A stretch of DNA of 62,784 bases, counting the filler, from Nemertoderma westbladi (lineage: Eukaryota > Animalia > Xenacoelomorpha): assembly GCA_032718475.1 (NCBI GenBank). It is 4 parts of 4 records of this genome, joined end to end, with 100 filler letters (N's around TTAATTAATTAA, not from the genome) between each part and the next. Parts side by side here need not be neighbours in the genome. Positions count along the whole stretch, not along the records: positions 1 to 16,340 come from JAUCBJ010004575.1; positions 16,441 to 32,720 come from JAUCBJ010002474.1; 2 more parts are not named here. The stretch is one strand, 5' to 3'. Below are positions 11,864-23,283 of the stretch, piece by piece; within the stretch, counting starts at the first letter, position 1, and every line of letters begins with the position of its first letter. A model generated the notes under the pieces. It did not search any database. It saw only the letters and a program-made list of their open reading frames with translations, and was not told the origin of the DNA. A program made the translations under genes and the position numbers.

Positions 11864-13214
11864 CTTTATTAACTTTCACACTCAACTTCTGGACTAATAT
11901 TGACACTAACACACACTACACTGATATGCCGACTGTCACCGATTGTAGTCATATATAAGGAGGATAGCAACTCACATATGTTGGAAATAGCATTAAATTC
12001 ATACAGACCACTATAAATTGAGCCACAATTGCTACTGATACACCCTTCTGCTTACCTCAGTAATTAAGAAAGTTAAGGGGGATTTAACGATTATTCATCA
12101 GTATTCTCCAAATATAACATCCATTAATATATATAACAACAACTAACAATAGTATAAAACAGTAAAAATGGTGTTAGCGGCGCAACAGCAGTATTGCAGT
12201 TTATACGCAAGAGTCAGTATGACGAAATAAGTCAACAAAGCAGAATTGTATCGTGTGGTTTGATGTATGTTAAGTTGGTATGATATGATGATGTTTGTTA
12301 ATAGATTTGCGTTCTTATGACTCTCTCAAGCCACTGATGTTTCCGGGCGAAGTCAGAACAGCCAGAAAATCAGAATGAAGGAATTCTACTACTGATGGAA
12401 TTTTGCCGCACTGTGTCATTTTACATAGGTATAGAGCATGGGTAAGGGGAGATCGCGCTGATTGGCTAAAATATAACAACAAAATAACACAGGTTCTACA
12501 CACAAAGAAACAGCTGGTAGATTTCGTGATCTCAGCTCTGAGTTTGGACAGACGCGTAGTTGCATCCGTTTATAAGTCCTCTTATAGCACTCAAGTTATT
12601 ACTACTTTTAGAGTATTTCAGCGCATTGCTCAAAATGACTTATTTTGTCCGCAAAAGCTTTTAAGGGCTTGTCCGGTAGGCCCATTACACAAACCCCCGT
12701 GTACATTTGTAAATAAGTAGGTATACCATTGTAATTAAGTAGGTAGGGCCTAACACTAAATAAGCGTTACTGTAAATACGTCGGTAGCACTTTAAATATC
12801 TTATATAGTAGAAAACAACAACGCATACATGAAAAATATCTATTGGTAATACAGTAGGTAAATAAATCATGCAGGATGCAGTATAAAGGGAAAAAGGGAT
12901 AATCTTCCAATTTTTTGATATTACAGCACAAAGTTGGAACACATTAGATGTAACATATATAAGTGCATCGAGTAAAAATAATATATTAATTAGATAGTAC
13001 AAGTTAGTCAATTAGGCAATTAGTCAAGGGACTGAGAGTACACTATCCGTTAGTATCCCTACACCTACCTTACAGGTACCCCTGATACTTCCCATGATGA
13101 TGCATAAACTCCAAAAAGCAAAATAACCAGACCTAGTCCTAGTCCTAGTCAAATAGTAATGTTAGTAATATTGTTGGCAGTGTCCATTCTCAAGAAAATT
13201 GTGTTACAGTGTAT

Positions 13215-14075
13215 AGATAGATTTATTTATACAATATGTAAAAACAATAACAAATACACCAAACAATGTACCGGTATAAAGGTATTGTCCAACATAACAT
13301 ATAGGATTACCCCTAAAGCTTTGCAGCTTATTTCCAAGGGGGTCCTTATGTTACTTGGTTACAAATACAATATTACAGTACGCTAACCTAAAACCAATAT
13401 AAAACGTAATTACACTATGTACATGTACAACTTTACCAAGAGCGTGACAATGTCAGACTCAATGATAAAGATGTAATGTACAGAACAATTTATTATAAAA
13501 CGTAATTACAGTATAAATAGTAAAAAATTAATAAACTAATAACTTACTATAGGACTATTGTACCTATTTTTACATTGCACACGGATGTGAGATTTAACCG
13601 CAGATTTAAAAGAATGTTGATCATCTAGGTTTTTAATTTAATTAGGCAGAGCGTTCCAATTTTTAATACCGTTAAAAAGGAAAGTATCAGATTCGAAGGG
13701 ACAATACACAATTTACAATTCGGGAGGTAGAAGTTTGAAGCACTAGCTCTGGTACTGTAAGAGTGTGTATCGCACACTCTGTTGAATTTTTGTTTTAGGT
13801 AATTGGGACATTTACCATTATACACTTTATGCACATGGTTAAGGCGTAGCTGCTTAACTCTACTATCTAAGTTAAGTAGTCCAGATTCAGAAAAGTCATC
13901 TGGAGTTAGGTGGTGCCTAGGTTTGTAGTCTTTAATAAATCGTACTACTTTTTATTCTGAGCTACTTGTAATTTACATTTAAGCTGTTTGGTTAAGCCTT
14001 CATACCAAGAAGAGCATGCATAGTCCATGTGACACTGTATTAAAGAAGAGCAAAGTAACTTGCGGGAGTCGGTAT
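13215..14075 (-). mobile_element. LINE 3' fragment (L2/Crack-like)
   Basis: TRKLLCSSLIQCHMDYACSSWY..LQVAQNK..HKVYNGKCPNYL..HSYSTR, then a 3' UTR ending in ggacccc..ggaaataagc..ataaataaat. Confidence 0.85.
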
Positions 14076-14110
14076 TTAAACTATTTTTATTTCTGTATAG
14101 AAACCTAAGC

Positions 14111-14727
14111 CTACGAAATAACGAAAGAAACCTAAGAAATTACGCGAAATAAGGCAAAGGTTTTTTGCCTGATTTAATACACTCACTGTCTTATGCTGCA
14201 CCAGTATTGGCGCTGTGATTAGACTTTTAATTGTGCGGGATGTGTTTCTTGTTACATAATACATGTGGAAAAAACAACGCTCTAACAATGATACCTCCAT
14301 AACAAAAGAAAATAAACTGGTGTTGTTGGAAGACTGATTAAAATGTTATACGCCATATGATAAGTAAAGATCCCCCCCCGTCCTCTGAGCAATTTAAGCG
14401 CTTTAACGATTAACTAGATTTTAATTGATAACGGGTTAGTAATTATTATACTGGACAGTATGTGTATTATATAATATAATCCATGTTAAACATACATAGT
14501 ACCGGTAATAAGAATAACATAGACATTAATCATACTCTTTTAAATAAAAAAAAAAAATAAATTAAATAAAATAAAAAAAAATACTGTAGTTCAATATAGT
14601 TTAATACATAACAGAGTATGAAATATAGGTGGTAGGTATGTGCATTAAGAGTATGTAGTCAACAGACTAGTATATTGTGGTGATCTGGGGATTTCATTGC
14701 GGGTGACATCGCGGGGAACATTTCGGG
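14111..14727. repeat. Dispersed repeat, inverted copy of 8212-8755
   Basis: Reverse-complement match to 8212-8755 with small indels and an A-rich insertion. Confidence 0.85.
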
Positions 14728-15172
14728 TAACCTGGTGGGGAACAACCTGGGCGACCTCCCCTGTTGGGGAACACCCTGGGCGACCTACCTGGTGGGGAAC
14801 ACCCTGGGCGACCTGACGGGGAACACCCTAGGCGACCTACCTGGTGGGGAACACCCTGGTCGACCTGGCGAGGAACACCCTGGGCGACCGGGTGGGGAAC
14901 ATCCTGGGCGACCTACCTGGTGGGGAACACCCTGGGCGACCTGGCGGGGAACAGCACGGCTTGGGTGACCTGGTGGGGAACACCCTGGGCGATCTGGCGG
15001 GGAACACCATGGGATGGGCGACCTGGTGGGGAACACCCGGGGCGATCTGGCGGGGAACACCCTGGGCGTCCTGGCGGGGAACAACATGGGCGTCCTGGCA
15101 GGGAACCTCGTGGGCGACTTAGCGGGGAACGTCGTGGGCTACCTGGTGGGGAACATCCTGGGCAACCTGGGG
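14728..15172. repeat. G-rich minisatellite, 24/28-bp unit
   Basis: Unit ggggaacaccctgggcgacc(tacc)tggy repeated roughly 17 times; it explains the overlapping repetitive ORFs. Confidence 0.92.
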
Positions 15173-15969
15173 TGCCACGTTGGACTTGGGCTACCCTAAC
15201 GATGTGCACTCGGGCAGCCACAGCCATGACCATGCCTTCCACATTAGTGGCCGACTTCGCCCACCCGAACACATGCCGTGTCACCCCGATCTCCATAACA
15301 ATTCAGTTATTCAACCATGTTGCGGGCTATGGGATGCGCCTCGTTTTTGCCTATATGATAAGAAAAAAGGCGTTAATGAGACATCAAAAATATGGATATT
15401 ATTGTCCCATGCATTTTTACAAAGTATAAATTCTATAAATATTAAAATTCAACATACTGTAGTAATTCAATTAATTAATGTAATTCAAAAGCTGGAGTTG
15501 CCAACTTTTATCCAAAAACACATTGTAGGTTCTAAAATGCTAAATATGTAAGTGCCATATAGTAAGTATATAATTTTTTCCAATATGATTCAATATAGCA
15601 AATGTATTAAAGTTTTGTATTATATTATAAATAATGTTATATATTAATTCACATAGAATGACCAATACATTATATTTAGGCATATGAAGTAATATATACA
15701 GTATTATTTAAACAAAACAGCGAAATGGTAAGGTCGTATTTTATCCAGAGCCGGACCGGAACCGGACCACCGTTTTCCGGACCGGAGCCGGAGCTCCGGT
15801 CTAACCCTACTTTAAACCATGTGTCAGTAGGTTTTCCCAGTCAATCTGAAATATATTACTGTATGTTTAAATTCATTAATTTGTTTGGGCTGACAGTGCC
15901 GTTTAAAGATATAATTTTTATATGCTTTGCCAAAAGGAACCCTTTGAAGACTATGAGATTAATAAACAT

Positions 15970-16340
15970 CTCGGTCAATCGTGTTACACTCGCTTCAAAA
16001 CTCTCAGCATGTGGTATAAGCAGAGCATTTATCGCGGCTGTGTGGGCACTGATCGCAATGAATTACATCTGCATCTGTTCAGGTGTATACACCCTTGAGC
16101 CCATTTATCAAACTCTAGGCGTAATCCAGGGAGACAAATTGTCACCCTTGCTATTTAGGGCTGCTTATTACTCATGTATGCAGATGATGTAGCCATCACC
16201 GGTACCTCGATTGAAGAAGTCCAGGCCACAATGGATAACCTCGCTGATTACTGCGATGTTAACGGTCTGACAGTGAATCTCAAAAAGACCAAAGTTGTCA
16301 AATTCAGGCGTGGTGGTCACCTCTCAAAGAACGACAAGAT
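15970..16340 (+). mobile_element. LINE RT fragment (family A)
   Basis: SVNRVTLASKLSACG..LEPIYQTLGVIQGDKLSPLLF parallels 3778-4066; then YADDVAI and NLKKTKVVKF; runs into the gap. Confidence 0.9.
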
Positions 16341-16440
16341 NNNNNNNNNNNNNNNNNNNNNNNNNNNNNNNNNNNNNNNNNNNNTTAATTAATTAANNNN
16401 NNNNNNNNNNNNNNNNNNNNNNNNNNNNNNNNNNNNNNNN
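16341..16440. other. Assembly gap with artificial TTAATTAATTAA linker
   Basis: 44 N + ttaattaattaa + 44 N, identical at all three gaps. Confidence 0.98.
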
Positions 16441-17574
16441 GTTCCCCCTTGCCCCTTATTCAGACCTTAATTTATTGTTTTACTTTTACCATTACCGGTT
16501 CACCTATTTTTCATTTTCTATACTTTACCAAAACAGACGAATTTTTCCCAACCTTTTGATAATACCCATATTTAACAGTTTATTAACGCAGTTTTCAAAC
16601 AATTCTATTTAATTACCGGTAAATTGTGAATTACATAATAATATTTTATCGAATTATTGAAAATAATGAACTATCGCCCTACAATAATTGATAATAAATA
16701 AAACTGAACTTAATCACACCCAAGTCATTTTCAACCCTAGTATGCTCGATTGTGCGCGTAATACAAAACACCGCCATACTGCAATATTTCAACCCGCCGC
16801 ACCAAAATTTTAACGCGGTCAGCCGCACAGTAGCCTGGCCGCTACAACAGGGGGTGTGTGTGTAAGTGTAGGGGTGTGTGTGTGTAAGTGTAGGCGTAAC
16901 GTTTACCCCATAGTGCAGAAAGTCTTCCTAAAAAGTCACTAGTTTAGTGACAGAAAGTACATCATTTTAGCTCAGTGGTCTGAGTAAAGGTGCTGTAATA
17001 CTATTTACTGAGTTCGAGACCCGAATGCAGCAGCAATTTTTCGTAAATTCGAATCGTTAATGTTACAATAAAATTTGATCTGATATGATCACAGATGTGG
17101 ATTTTTGTAGTAAGATACGCTGAATACCGCATTTCATACCGCTGAAATAATTAATCATTAATTATAAGAATATTATTACATACACAGCACTGCCTGAATT
17201 ATATAAATCATAAAAATAATATATCATATGACAATTTCTATACGCAATTTTAATGAAAATTCTTAAAAATACTATCGTATTGCGCTCAAAGTCACATAGC
17301 CTCCAAATTGAAGTGGGTTGAAGGGCTAGGCCTCGGCAGGAAATTGATGAAATGGTATATCCGGTGTGCAAGAGTGGCGAGGTTGAGGGCGAATTCAATT
17401 TACCCTGGTTTGATCTGCTTATGCCGAAGCAAGAAGTAAACTCTTACGTTATGTATCTTACGTTATGTATAAATAGATTCCATTCACTTTTGTCATCAAA
17501 ATCGGAAGCAATAATAGAAAACTTTGGTATTTTTGTATATGATGAAGCAATGGCAATAAGGTCCGCCCTAATAG

Positions 17575-17905
17575 GGGGCCGTCCAAGAATGACGTCTGCA
17601 CTTTTCCCCAAAATGTTTACCCCCTCCCTCCCCTAAATCAGATTAAAAAAATGTTCGCGTCCTAATCACTGAAACATGGTGACTGGCAACTGAAACAGAA
17701 GGTCGTGCTACGGGCCTTCGGGGGCTTCCAACAATTAAAATAAGGCAAGCTATTTACTCTTCTGCTATATCTCTTCGAGCACCTATAAATGAACATGCTG
17801 ACGTCAGATTTTGGCTGACCCCCTCCCCTCCCTCATCAGCACGTCATCAGATTTTCCCAACCCCCCTCCCCCCCTAAAGTGCTGACGTCATACTTGGACG
17901 GGCCC
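17575..17905. mobile_element. MITE, PIF/Harbinger-like
   Basis: Terminal inverted repeats (TIRs) ggggccgtccaagaatgacgtc / gacgtcatacttggacgggccc, flanked by TAG on both sides. Confidence 0.8.
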
Positions 17906-18439
17906 TAGGATGCTGATAAATAGTATCCCATACAATGTGAATACCCATGTACCTATTACACTTTATTTCTAATTTTTGCAGTTTTTTTGCAGTTTTTCGT
18001 GTTAATTTTGTATCATTATGCGGTTCCGGTTCGTAAGTTTGCTAGTAATTAAGTGCTTGTATGTCTATAACTAGTGACGGTGACGGGTTTTGTTCTTTTT
18101 ATTTTCATATTTCTTATGTTGTAATTGCAGCAGTAGCGTTAACTTAAGGTTGCTTGTTGGAGTTTCTATGATAACAATATACTATACTATTAACAATTAT
18201 TACAGCTGATTATCTAAATATATCAAAATGTATATATATTCAATAACAGTAAATCCTCTAATTTTTCAGATAAAATAGCGTCTCTGATAAAATTCAGATA
18301 ATCTACCCTCGTGTTTTGAGTTTTCTACACGATGGCATTTAAAAAATCTCATTAACCTAATTAATTACTTTATTGCTGCTCTCTCTATGTTTCTCAGCGA
18401 TGTATCAATATTAACTCACATCATTAACAGACCCTAGCC

Positions 18440-19765
18440 TTAGGCCCATCGCGACCGCCAATGTTTTAAGTAAATTGTACGAATTTTTAATATTATCTCG
18501 CATTGACCACCTTCTCTGTACCTCTGACAACCAATTTGGTTTCAAGGACTCAGTAGGAACCGAAACATGTATTTATACATTAAAGGAATTAATTAATTTC
18601 TACTTGTTGCATGGCTCTAATATTTTTCTCTGCTTTCTCGACGCCTCCAAAGCGTTCGACAAAGTAGATCATGGTCTTCTTTTTAGACGCCTTTTCGAAC
18701 GTAAAATTCCGTTATTTATTTTACGCATAATTATTTTCTGGTATGCCAACCAATCTATGCAAGTTTTCTGGAATGGTTGCACGTCCGATAAATTTTATTG
18801 CTGTAATGGGGTAAGACAAGGAAGCATTTTGTCGCCTCGCTTTTTTAACATTTTTATCGACACTCTCAGCTTAGAACTGTCCGGTTCTAATATTGGCTGT
18901 GCCCTCCTTGATGTCTGTCTGAACCACACTTTCTATGCTGACGATATATGTCTTATTGCATCAAATCCTTGTGCGTTGCAATTTTTGGTCGATATTTGCA
19001 GTAATTTTGCTTCTCGCAATAATATGATTTTTAACACGAAAAAATCAAAGTGCATGTTTATCTACAGTAAGCTGCGGCCTTTTTCTACACGTCCTAATAT
19101 TTCATTATATGGCAAGCCACTCGAAAGGGTTGACTCGTTTTCCTATCTGGGCCATATCTTGACGTCAGACTTCTCGGACGACGCCGATATTTTGGCTCAG
19201 CTAAGAAAATTTTACGGACGTGCAAATATGCTTATTAGGAAATTTAGTAATTGCTCCACTGAGGTGAAATGTGTTCTTTTTAATAGTTATTGCTCCAATA
19301 TTTATTGTAATGCTTTATGGTCGCGGCGCTTTTATTCCATTTCAAATTTCAATAAGATTTGTGCTGCCTTAAATAGAGCCGTGCGGAACTTGTTTGGTAT
19401 TCGACTGTACAACTCCGAAACCGATGAAATTTCCAGCGCCAGCCAGATGCTTGTTAATTTAAATATCCGTTCTTTGGTGCAAATTCATCGTAACTCATTA
19501 AGCAGTCTTTACCTTCGTATTAATAAATCATCTAACTCTTTGATCGGTGCTGTAAGGTTTTGTTGCCGTCCTTCTTCAGCCCTGTTTGAGTCTTTTAATA
19601 TTTATTGTAAATAACGGCGCCTTGTATGTATCTTACTCCATTTATATTATATTTAGTTATCATATTTATTAATGTCTGTACTTACATATTCCTTACGGTT
19701 GTGCTCTAGTTTTTACTCTATGGCTTTATAACTTTGCTGAATTAAATAATTAAAAAAAAAAAAAA
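18440..19765 (+). mobile_element. 5'-truncated LINE (family B-like) with open RT/C-terminal frame, 3' UTR and poly(A)
   Basis: RPIA..DNQFGFK..CFLDASKAFDKV..GVRQGSILSP..YADDICL..SYLG, uninterrupted to the stop at 19614; ATTAAA and an A-tract at about 19741-19765. Confidence 0.95.
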
Positions 19766-20491
19766 TAAAATAAACTAATCCAACCGCTAAATACCTGCGT
19801 TATGCTTTCATTCATCAAGTGTTAGTCTACGTTCTATCATCTACGTTCTTTGTCCGGTGTAAAGCAATAACGTAGGATTGGAGATACCAATATAGTACGG
19901 CGTTATATGGTGATGATATGATGTTAGAGGAAAATGATTATGTACGACATATGTGGTACCAGTGGGAAGGTGTGAACACAAAACAATTATAAAGCTTTGA
20001 GTAGTGGATATAAGCAGAGTAACAGTTAATATAGGATTGTGGGTGACTCCGCACTTGTAGCCTAATAGGCAATAGGGCCAAAATATACTGTAGAAAGGAA
20101 TGCACAGTATATTGTACTGTAGTACAAGGGGGTGGAAGTTGAACAGGGCCCACATCGTTCTCACCGTGTAGGTAGGCCTAGGTGAGATTCTTTCCAGACA
20201 ATTTAAATTGTATTACCGAACGTGAATTATATTATTGTGAACCTTCAACTTATATTCCTTATTACCCACCAAGAATCCAACAAAATCATACCCTCCACCG
20301 GAATTTTCTTATGATAGGAACCTTGACTGAGGAATGGTAGGATAAAGACAACAAGGTAGAGGATCCCTCGGTAGTTCTATCTCCGAAAGCCAAGATCAGC
20401 GGACGAAAAAATCCGCTGACTTCAAGTTGCCGTTTTGCTGCATCCAAAGTTTTGCTAGTTCCTCTCACTTTTGTGCCAACGTAAATATATC

Positions 20492-20850
20492 GGCTGGATG
20501 CAATCTTCGCCTGCGTACAACCTTCGCCCGCGTACAACCTTCGCCCGCGTCCAATCTTCGCCCGCGCCGCGTACAACCTTTGCCCGGGGGAAAACTTCGC
20601 CCGCAAGGCAACCTTCGCCCAATAATATTTGTGTTAGTTATTTATGATACAGCTATAGCTGTTTACAGAGACGGCTTTTTCTATCCAAAACAATAATTGT
20701 TTAATGGGCAAAGGTTGCTCGCGGGCGAAGATTGCCTGTGGGTGAAGGTTTCCGCCGGGCAATAGTTGCTCCTTTTGAGGGCGAAGATAGCTCGGGGCGT
20801 CGATTGGACGCGGGTGAAGATTCATCGTGGGCGAAGTTTGCAGCGTACTC
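20492..20850. mobile_element. MITE with 8-bp TSD and inverted subterminal cttcgcccg repeats (MULE-like)
   Basis: TSD aatatatc at 20484-20491 and 20851-20858. Confidence 0.85.
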
Positions 20851-20879
20851 AATATATCCGGTCATCAATGAGTCTCAAC

Positions 20880-21170
20880 GGTTGTGTGAAACCTTCGCCC
20901 TCGTACAACCTTCGCCCGGGGGAACCTTCGCCCAATAATATTTGTATTAGTAACCAAATTAGTTAACAATTGAAGGAAAGGATCAGGTTGCAGAGAGGGC
21001 TTTTTCTAAACAAAACAATAAGCGATGTTGTTACCAATTGAGGGAAAGGAGCATGTTACAGAGACGGCTTTTTCTAACCAAAACAATAATTATTTAGTGG
21101 GCGAACGTTTCTCGCGGGCGAAGATTGCTTGCGGGCAAAGGTTTCCGCCGGGCGAAGTTTACTGCGTACC
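20880..21170. mobile_element. Second MITE of the same family with its own 8-bp TSD
   Basis: TSD gtctcaac at 20872-20879 and 21171-21178; GG...CC termini. Confidence 0.87.
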
Positions 21171-21845
21171 GTCTCAACTACTAGGGTGTCACACTTCATT
21201 CAACACAGGCTAATTAATGAGTAAGAATTTGTTCCAAATTGCATCTAGCAAGATATGATGCAGTAGGATATATAGCAACATATATTGCCATACGCCATCG
21301 ATCCTCAAAGCAGAAATCATAGGCAGTGTTTTCTACTACCCATATACTGTTACTTACCTACATTTATACTGTTACCGCACAAGTAGCAAGAATGTACATT
21401 GTATAGAGAATATTATTATAATTTGCAGCTGTCGTTTAATTTTATGATTGGTTGGTAGTGCTGTCAAGATTTCAAGAACCAATAATAAGTGATTGTGTAA
21501 GCTACTAATTTATTGAAATTTCATTAGATATATTATTGGCTTAATTATTATTTCTGCACCTACTATATGTACTGTAGCCTACAACTTACAGATGATGCCT
21601 TCTTGTACTGTAGATAGGTCGAAATATTCGCCAGAGAAAAACCTTCGCCTGATAATTCCAAATTAAAGAAGAGGAGCAGATAAGCGTGCAAGTAATTCTA
21701 AAGAAAACAATAAACGGAAGTCATACCTAGCAAAGGTTACAGTTTCATAATCGGCCAGATAATTTATAAATAATTTATTGGACGAAGATTGGTCGCCGGC
21801 GAAGTTTGCCACGTAACCATTTAGCATATATGAGTTGGACCTAAA

Positions 21846-22200
21846 CTACTAGGATCGGCATGCTGCATTGCAGCTGCATTTTTAAGAATGCTGTGCCGGC
21901 TTGTCGACAAAATTGCGCCGCCACAACTCCCTATCACCCATGACATTTGCTAGATCATCCGCATCTTCAAGGCCAGTGTCCTTTAAGATGCGTCTCAAGA
22001 AAGTAATGGGCTGTCCACCATGCTTATTCACTCCATGAGGCTGCCAAAGTACAAGATTATGCACTGGCTGGTCCTCACGGTAAAAGCAATGTCCTGCAAA
22101 GCGGAGGCGATTTTGTTGTAGTGTCAAGCTTGGGGGAACCAATATTCGCCTAAACGTCCAAGGAACTCCATATGTTAGACCATCCATACAACTTTTAATC
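21846..22200 (-). mobile_element. RTE-clade LINE 3' end (family C)
   Basis: RLRFAGHCF..LVLWQPHG..DTGLED..MGDRELWR; the short 3' UTR is shared with about 26283-26400 and 50200-50525. Confidence 0.88.
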
Positions 22201-23283
22201 CAGATGCTGCGTGCCCACTCTCACAAGAAAGTGTTGTTTTTTGCGACAACGTTGTTATCCCATTTTTTAAAAAATTTCTGAATTAATCGAATTAGGCCCT
22301 ACAGTATATAAGTCATTGTTCATAAAATATCACTTTATAGCGATACAGCGTGATTCATTTCATTTCACCACCTGAGTGCATGGGCCTTAACGGAAGGAGG
22401 AGTGTCCTAAAAGCTTTAAAGTGATAATTTTGGCGAGTCTAAGTTTATATATTTATGTACATGTTTCTAGAACGGCTAGTTCGATTTGAGGCATACAGTC
22501 ACATACAGTCATAAATGCCAAATGCCAATAGCAACAACGTCAAACAATCACATACAGTCTAATTTTAATTAGTTATTGCGATTTCGACCATATATTGATT
22601 ATTATTATATCTTTTCGCTCAACTTTAATCTTTGTTATGTACTTTGTTGTCGCATAACAATAATAAAGAATCAGTTCTTTCAATAAAGTCTAGTATGGCT
22701 ACAAAGCATAGTATATACATTATACACCATATGCACTACAACGTAAAGTATACAATAAATGTTAAAAGGGTACACTACCGGTACAACTTGTAAAATATGC
22801 CATGCATCGAAGCAAACAATTTGTAATTTACAATTAGGGTGTCACTCATTGACAACAATACGCGGCTCTTATCTGCAACTTCTATTGCCGGGATGATTTG
22901 CCGATACATTGTGCTTTTAAACCCGAGGTTTTCAAAAAAAATGTATTTGTTGGCTTCTCATGGACACCATCGTTGGTCGTTGATAAAGACTTCTACGTTG
23001 GAAAGATTATGGTTGCGAGCTTGCGGCATCTATTTCCGGGTTGGCTGTCATTGAACCACTGTATAAACATAATGTGAACATCAGTGTAGGCCTACATCAT
23101 AGTAACACATTGCTAAATAAATATATACTATTTTACAGTTGAAGTAGGCCTACTCTCGTCGTAGATTTACCTAATTTACACTAATTTTAAACTGATCATG
23201 TGGTACACTAAGGTAAAATAGAACAATTGTATTAAATTGTATTAAAAATTGTACCAAAATTGTACTCTTTCTGTTCACCCAAA

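Noticed and set aside
14735-15551. Several overlapping ORFs with GEHPGRP/GNTLGDL repeats
   Set aside because: By-products of a GC-rich minisatellite with mixed 24/28-bp units that shift frame.
16385-16396. Recurrent TTAATTAATTAA motif (also at 32765 and 47115)
   Set aside because: Artificial six-frame-stop linker centred in fixed 100-nt gaps; not biological.
16966-17030. tRNA-like sequence with A box (tagctcagtgg) and B box (gagttcgagac); a similar one at about 39121-39200
   Set aside because: No convincing cloverleaf or acceptor stem; at most decayed tRNA-derived SINE heads.
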